A stretch of 37,563 bases of DNA from a virus (lineage: Duplodnaviria; Caudoviricetes). Below the pieces are notes generated by a model that did no database searches, was not told where the DNA came from, and saw only the letters and a program-made list of their open reading frames with translations. Below are positions 34,236-37,563 of this stretch, piece after piece. A program made the translations under genes and the position numbers. The stretch is taken from the IMG/VR virus record IMGVR_UViG_3300037657_000028, positions 1-37,563 of that record. One strand, given 5' to 3'. How positions within the stretch are numbered: position 1 is the first letter of the stretch; every line of letters starts with the position of its first letter.

Positions 34236-34439
34236 ATGAAAGAGTGCACTTGTACATTTGCGCAAAAAATGAACGGTGATGGCTGTTCAGTTTGCAACCC
34301 TCAATATTACATAGAAATTTTAAAAGAAAGAATCGTTGAATTAGAGGCAGACATAGAAAGAATTCGCCAAATAGTTGAAGATGAAGACGGTGATGGCACC
34401 GATGTGAACAACTTCTTTTATTGGAGAGATAGAATATGA
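34236..34439 (+). CDS. Hypothetical protein
   Basis: CTC...GDGCSVCNP plus coiled coil; GGAG RBS. Confidence 0.7.
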   Translation: MKECTCTFAQKMNGDGCSVCNPQYYIEILKERIVELEADIERIRQIVEDEDGDGTDVNNFFYWRDRI

Positions 34440-34567
34440 TCGCTATTAAAACAATAACGTAAGGGGAATATGAGTTTAAAAATTTGGTACATCATGAGAC
34501 TGGAAAGAATGTTTACATTGCTCGGCCAGAAACGGATGATACAGCCATGTGAAATTAGTCTTTTTTG

Positions 34568-34596
34568 TTGATAGTGTGTTATTTGTTTTGTACACT
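34568..34596 (+). promoter_or_regulatory. Putative sigma-70 promoter of the replication module
   Basis: TTGATA-N17-TACACT. Confidence 0.6.
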
Positions 34597-34624
34597 ACCA
34601 ACAACAATCTTAATAGGAGACAAA

Positions 34625-34786
34625 ATGGACTTAAAAAAACTTAGAGAAGATTTAAATTTATCACAGGCGCATGTTGCAAAAATTCTAGGAGTGCATATCA
34701 ACACTTATACAACGTGGGAGCGGTCGTGCGGGAAACCTTCCCAAAAAAATCTTGAAAAACTCAAGAACCTTTTTGGGATAAAATAA
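34625..34786 (+). CDS. XRE/Cro-like HTH regulator
   Basis: LKKLREDLNLSQAHVAKILGVHINTYTTWE...P. Confidence 0.85.
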   Translation: MDLKKLREDLNLSQAHVAKILGVHINTYTTWERSCGKPSQKNLEKLKNLFGIK

Positions 34787-34801
34787 ACGGAGGCCCGAAT
34801 A

Positions 34802-35497
34802 ATGCAAAAAAGCTTTTTACTTTATTTGGACCACATGGAATTATTTTCAGAGTTGGAAGATGACGACGCAGGGAGATTAATAAAGATTATTTTCAAATTT
34901 ATCAATGATGGTGAACAGCCAAACATTGAAAGCCAGATTGTAAAAATGGCGTTTATAGCCATAAAAGGCGACCTTTTAAGGAACATTGAAAAATACAAAT
35001 CTGTGTGTAACCGCAACAAAAACAATGGTTTAAAAGGAGGTAGACCATTAAAAAACCCAGTGGGTTATTCTGAAACCCAAAATAACCAAGCGGTTATTTC
35101 AGAAACCCAAGAAAAAAGTGGGTTATTCGAAAAACCCAAAAAACCCTATAATGATAATGACAATGATAATGATCTTGATAATGAAGATGTTTTAAAAGAA
35201 AAGAAATTATTGTGTCGCCAATCTCCACAAAAAAAGAAATTCGTTAAACCCACGTTTGATGAGTTGGCGGCATATTGCATTGAGAGACAAAACAATATTA
35301 ACCTTCAAAGCTTTCTTGATTTTTATGAGTCGAAAGGATGGGTAGTGGGAAAATCGGCCATGAAAGATTGGAAAGCGGCGGTCAGGACATGGGAGAGGAA
35401 CGGTTATAATGGGCAACAAAAAAAACAAGGACTTCCAAAAACTTTCGGAGATAAATCCTATTACGGTAACAGCACAGAAACCAATGAATTGTTCTAA
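34802..35497 (+). CDS. Replication initiator / replisome organiser
   Basis: KSFLLY N-terminus, NGLKGGRP, DNDND linker, FVKPT...FLDFYESKGW..GKSAMKDWKAAVRTWE C-terminal domain; precedes the helicase loader. Confidence 0.85.
   Translation: MQKSFLLYLDHMELFSELEDDDAGRLIKIIFKFINDGEQPNIESQIVKMAFIAIKGDLLRNIEKYKSVCNRNKNNGLKGGRPLKNPVGYSETQNNQAVISETQEKSGLFEKPKKPYNDNDNDNDLDNEDVLKEKKLLCRQSPQKKKFVKPTFDELAAYCIERQNNINLQSFLDFYESKGWVVGKSAMKDWKAAVRTWERNGYNGQQKKQGLPKTFGDKSYYGNSTETNELF
35051..35146. repeat. Iteron-like repeats, candidate replication origin
   Basis: AGTGGGTTATTC / AGCGGTTATTTC / AGTGGGTTATTC, each followed by AAACCCAA, period about 29-30 bp. Confidence 0.65.
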
Positions 35498-36167
35498 GCA
35501 TGGCGAATATGAAGCAACAATCCATTTCGTTCTTGGGCGACGAATGGTGTCAGAATGTCCAGATTGCATTTTAGAAGCAGACAAGGTGATGGATGTCAAG
35601 GCACCTTTGCTTTCAAAGCGACGTGAAGACATGCGGTTTGACACGTACAGGATTGAAGGCTATGACCAACAGCAGGTTTTTGACAGATGCCGTAAATTCG
35701 CGGTGAATTTCAAAAAGGTTTTAGAGCTTGGGTCTAGCATGATTTTTACCGGCAACCCAGGCACAGGGAAAACGCACCTTGCGACGGCTATCTTTATCGA
35801 TCTCTATGATCGTGGGTTTGGAGTCGGGTATTATATGTTTTATGAGCTTATGTTCAGGATAAAGGCGACATATGGCCGGGGCGCCAGTGAGACAGAAGAC
35901 GGAATAATCAAGAGGCTATCGGACTATGATTTGTTGATTCTGGATGAAGTCGGTGTGAAAAGCCTTTCAGAAACAGAGGTGGCCTTGGCATATCAGATCA
36001 TCAACAAGCGCTATGAAGCCATGAAACCGACGATCTTGGTTACAAACTTGAGTATTAAAGATCTTGAGGAGGCACTTGGAACCAGAACCATTGACCGGTT
36101 TTATGAAAATCATGGGGCGGTTTTGGTGTTTGGATGGGGATCAATGAGGAGGTCTACAACAAAATGA
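35484..36167 (+). CDS. DnaC/IstB-like AAA+ helicase loader
   Basis: CSKHG...CPDC, Walker A GNPGTGKT, Walker B LLILDE, IINKRY, TNL. Confidence 0.92.
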   Translation: MNCSKHGEYEATIHFVLGRRMVSECPDCILEADKVMDVKAPLLSKRREDMRFDTYRIEGYDQQQVFDRCRKFAVNFKKVLELGSSMIFTGNPGTGKTHLATAIFIDLYDRGFGVGYYMFYELMFRIKATYGRGASETEDGIIKRLSDYDLLILDEVGVKSLSETEVALAYQIINKRYEAMKPTILVTNLSIKDLEEALGTRTIDRFYENHGAVLVFGWGSMRRSTTK

Positions 36168-36302
36168 GAATTTTCTTTCTCTTGGATGCGAATGGTGTGG
36201 CAACGTTTGGAGATCATTGTTGGGCCTATAGTGAGGTATGGGTTAAATTTTATGACGGCCAGAAATGGCTATTATGTGTCTTAAAACAGAAAGGACAAAA
36301 AA

Positions 36303-36926
36303 ATGGAAACTATGGAAAAATGGAACGCAGTGTCGAAACCGCCAAAAGAAGCTCTGAAAACTATAGGGGCGGGTCGTTTAAAGGGGATGTCTGATATAAA
36401 GCCAATGTGGCGTATCAAGAAGATGACTGAAGTTTATGGCCTTTGCGGGATAGGGTGGAAATTTGAGGTTGTCAACAAATTTACAGTCGAAGTTGGCGAA
36501 GAGTGGATAGCCTTTGCCGATGTTAATTTATACGTAAAAATAAACGGCGAATGGAGTGACCCGATACCGGGAAACGGTGGGTCAAAGATGAGGACGGTAG
36601 AGAGCAAGGGCGCTCATGTTTCGGATGAGTGTTATAAAATGGCGACAACAGACGCACTTTCAACAGCCATGAAAATGATTGGAGTTGGGGCTGATGTTTA
36701 TATGGGCCTTTGGGATGGGTCACAATATTTGACGATAGATCCAGAACCATCTACCGAAACAATAGACGAGTCTCAAGAAGCTGAAATTGTGACGTTAATG
36801 GAAGATGTATCGGCGAATAAAGTACAATTTTATAAATACTTTAGGATTGGTTCGATAAGCCAATTGTTGTTGTCAGACTACCAAAAAGCTATTGACATGT
36901 TGCAAAAAAAGAAGGCGGCGAAATGA
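36303..36926 (+). CDS. Rad52/Sak-like ssDNA annealing protein
   Basis: DIKPMWRIKKMTEVYGLCGIGW...KMATTDAL...GVGADVY. Confidence 0.75.
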   Translation: METMEKWNAVSKPPKEALKTIGAGRLKGMSDIKPMWRIKKMTEVYGLCGIGWKFEVVNKFTVEVGEEWIAFADVNLYVKINGEWSDPIPGNGGSKMRTVESKGAHVSDECYKMATTDALSTAMKMIGVGADVYMGLWDGSQYLTIDPEPSTETIDESQEAEIVTLMEDVSANKVQFYKYFRIGSISQLLLSDYQKAIDMLQKKKAAK

Positions 36927-37558
36927 TGACAACATATAACTTTCCTCAGTATAGTGATGAATGGTGGGAAATCAGGCGTGGCAGGTTGACGGCATCAAAG
37001 TTTAAAGACGTATGCTCTCCAACCGGGAAAATATCCTCTTCTTTGGATTCTATTGCGTATGGTTTGGCGTGTGAGTTAATAATAAAAGAAAAAGAGACAG
37101 AGACATTCACAACGTATTGGATGACTCGTGGGCTTGAACTCGAACCAAAGGCAAAGGAATATTATGCGTTCATGCATGATTGTGAGATTGAAGATGTCGG
37201 TTTCATTACAAAAGTTAATGACGGTTTTTTGGGATGTTCTCCTGATGGGATTATTGATGGTAAATACGGCCTTGAGATAAAATGTCCTTCACCTTCTAAG
37301 CATTTGGAATATTTAACAAAAGGAGTGTTGCCAACCGAGTATAGGCCACAGGTGTATGGGAGCCTTTTTGTTGCTGATGAATTAGAAAAGTGGGTGTTTA
37401 TGTCGTACCATCCAGACATGGAACCACTTGTTATCGATGTTACAAGAGATTTTGCATATCAACAATATATCGACAAATTCACGTTTGCGGTAGAGGATCT
37501 TGAAAACAGGACTAAGGCAATTATTAAGGCCTATCAAAAACTTAAAGAATGCTGTTAA
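36923..37558 (+). CDS. YqaJ/lambda-type exonuclease
   Basis: EWWEIRRGRLTAS, RGLELEP, GCSPDG, LEIKCP, Q motif. Confidence 0.93.
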   Translation: MMTTYNFPQYSDEWWEIRRGRLTASKFKDVCSPTGKISSSLDSIAYGLACELIIKEKETETFTTYWMTRGLELEPKAKEYYAFMHDCEIEDVGFITKVNDGFLGCSPDGIIDGKYGLEIKCPSPSKHLEYLTKGVLPTEYRPQVYGSLFVADELEKWVFMSYHPDMEPLVIDVTRDFAYQQYIDKFTFAVEDLENRTKAIIKAYQKLKECC

Positions 37559-37563
37559 AAACT
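37437..37563. repeat. Terminal direct repeat, right copy
   Basis: Identical to 1-127. Confidence 0.97.

Noticed and set aside
36134-36394. 86-aa ORF between the loader and the Sak-like gene
   Set aside because: It overlaps the Sak-like gene by about 90 nt and competing short frames exist, so it cannot be supported.

Overview
The window is an apparently complete, circular genome of a P22-like short-tailed dsDNA phage. Bases 1-127 are identical to 37437-37563, leaving about 37,436 bp of unique sequence. The late module (8042-28317, +) follows P22 gene order: terS, terL, portal, scaffold, coat, gp4-like adaptor, gp10-like hub, a needle-position gene, three ejection proteins, and a tailspike head-binding protein. 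It then departs from the P22 pattern: a beta-propeller protein and four consecutive tail-region proteins that all begin with Sec-type signal peptides, followed by two small holin-like proteins. I found no recognisable endolysin, integrase or CI repressor anywhere. Replication and recombination genes (initiator with internal iteron-like repeats, DnaC-like loader, Sak-like recombinase, YqaJ exonuclease, SSB-like, RusA-like) sit among many small Cys-rich early genes. A reverse-oriented island of tiny genes next to terS has a sigma-54-type promoter with candidate enhancer palindromes and an IHF-like site. Other notable items are candidate structured RNAs, a probable frameshift at an A7 tract, two start-stop minigenes, three tandem paralog pairs and a 25-bp repeat-bounded gene cassette. 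All protein calls come from motif recognition and gene order; no database searches were run.
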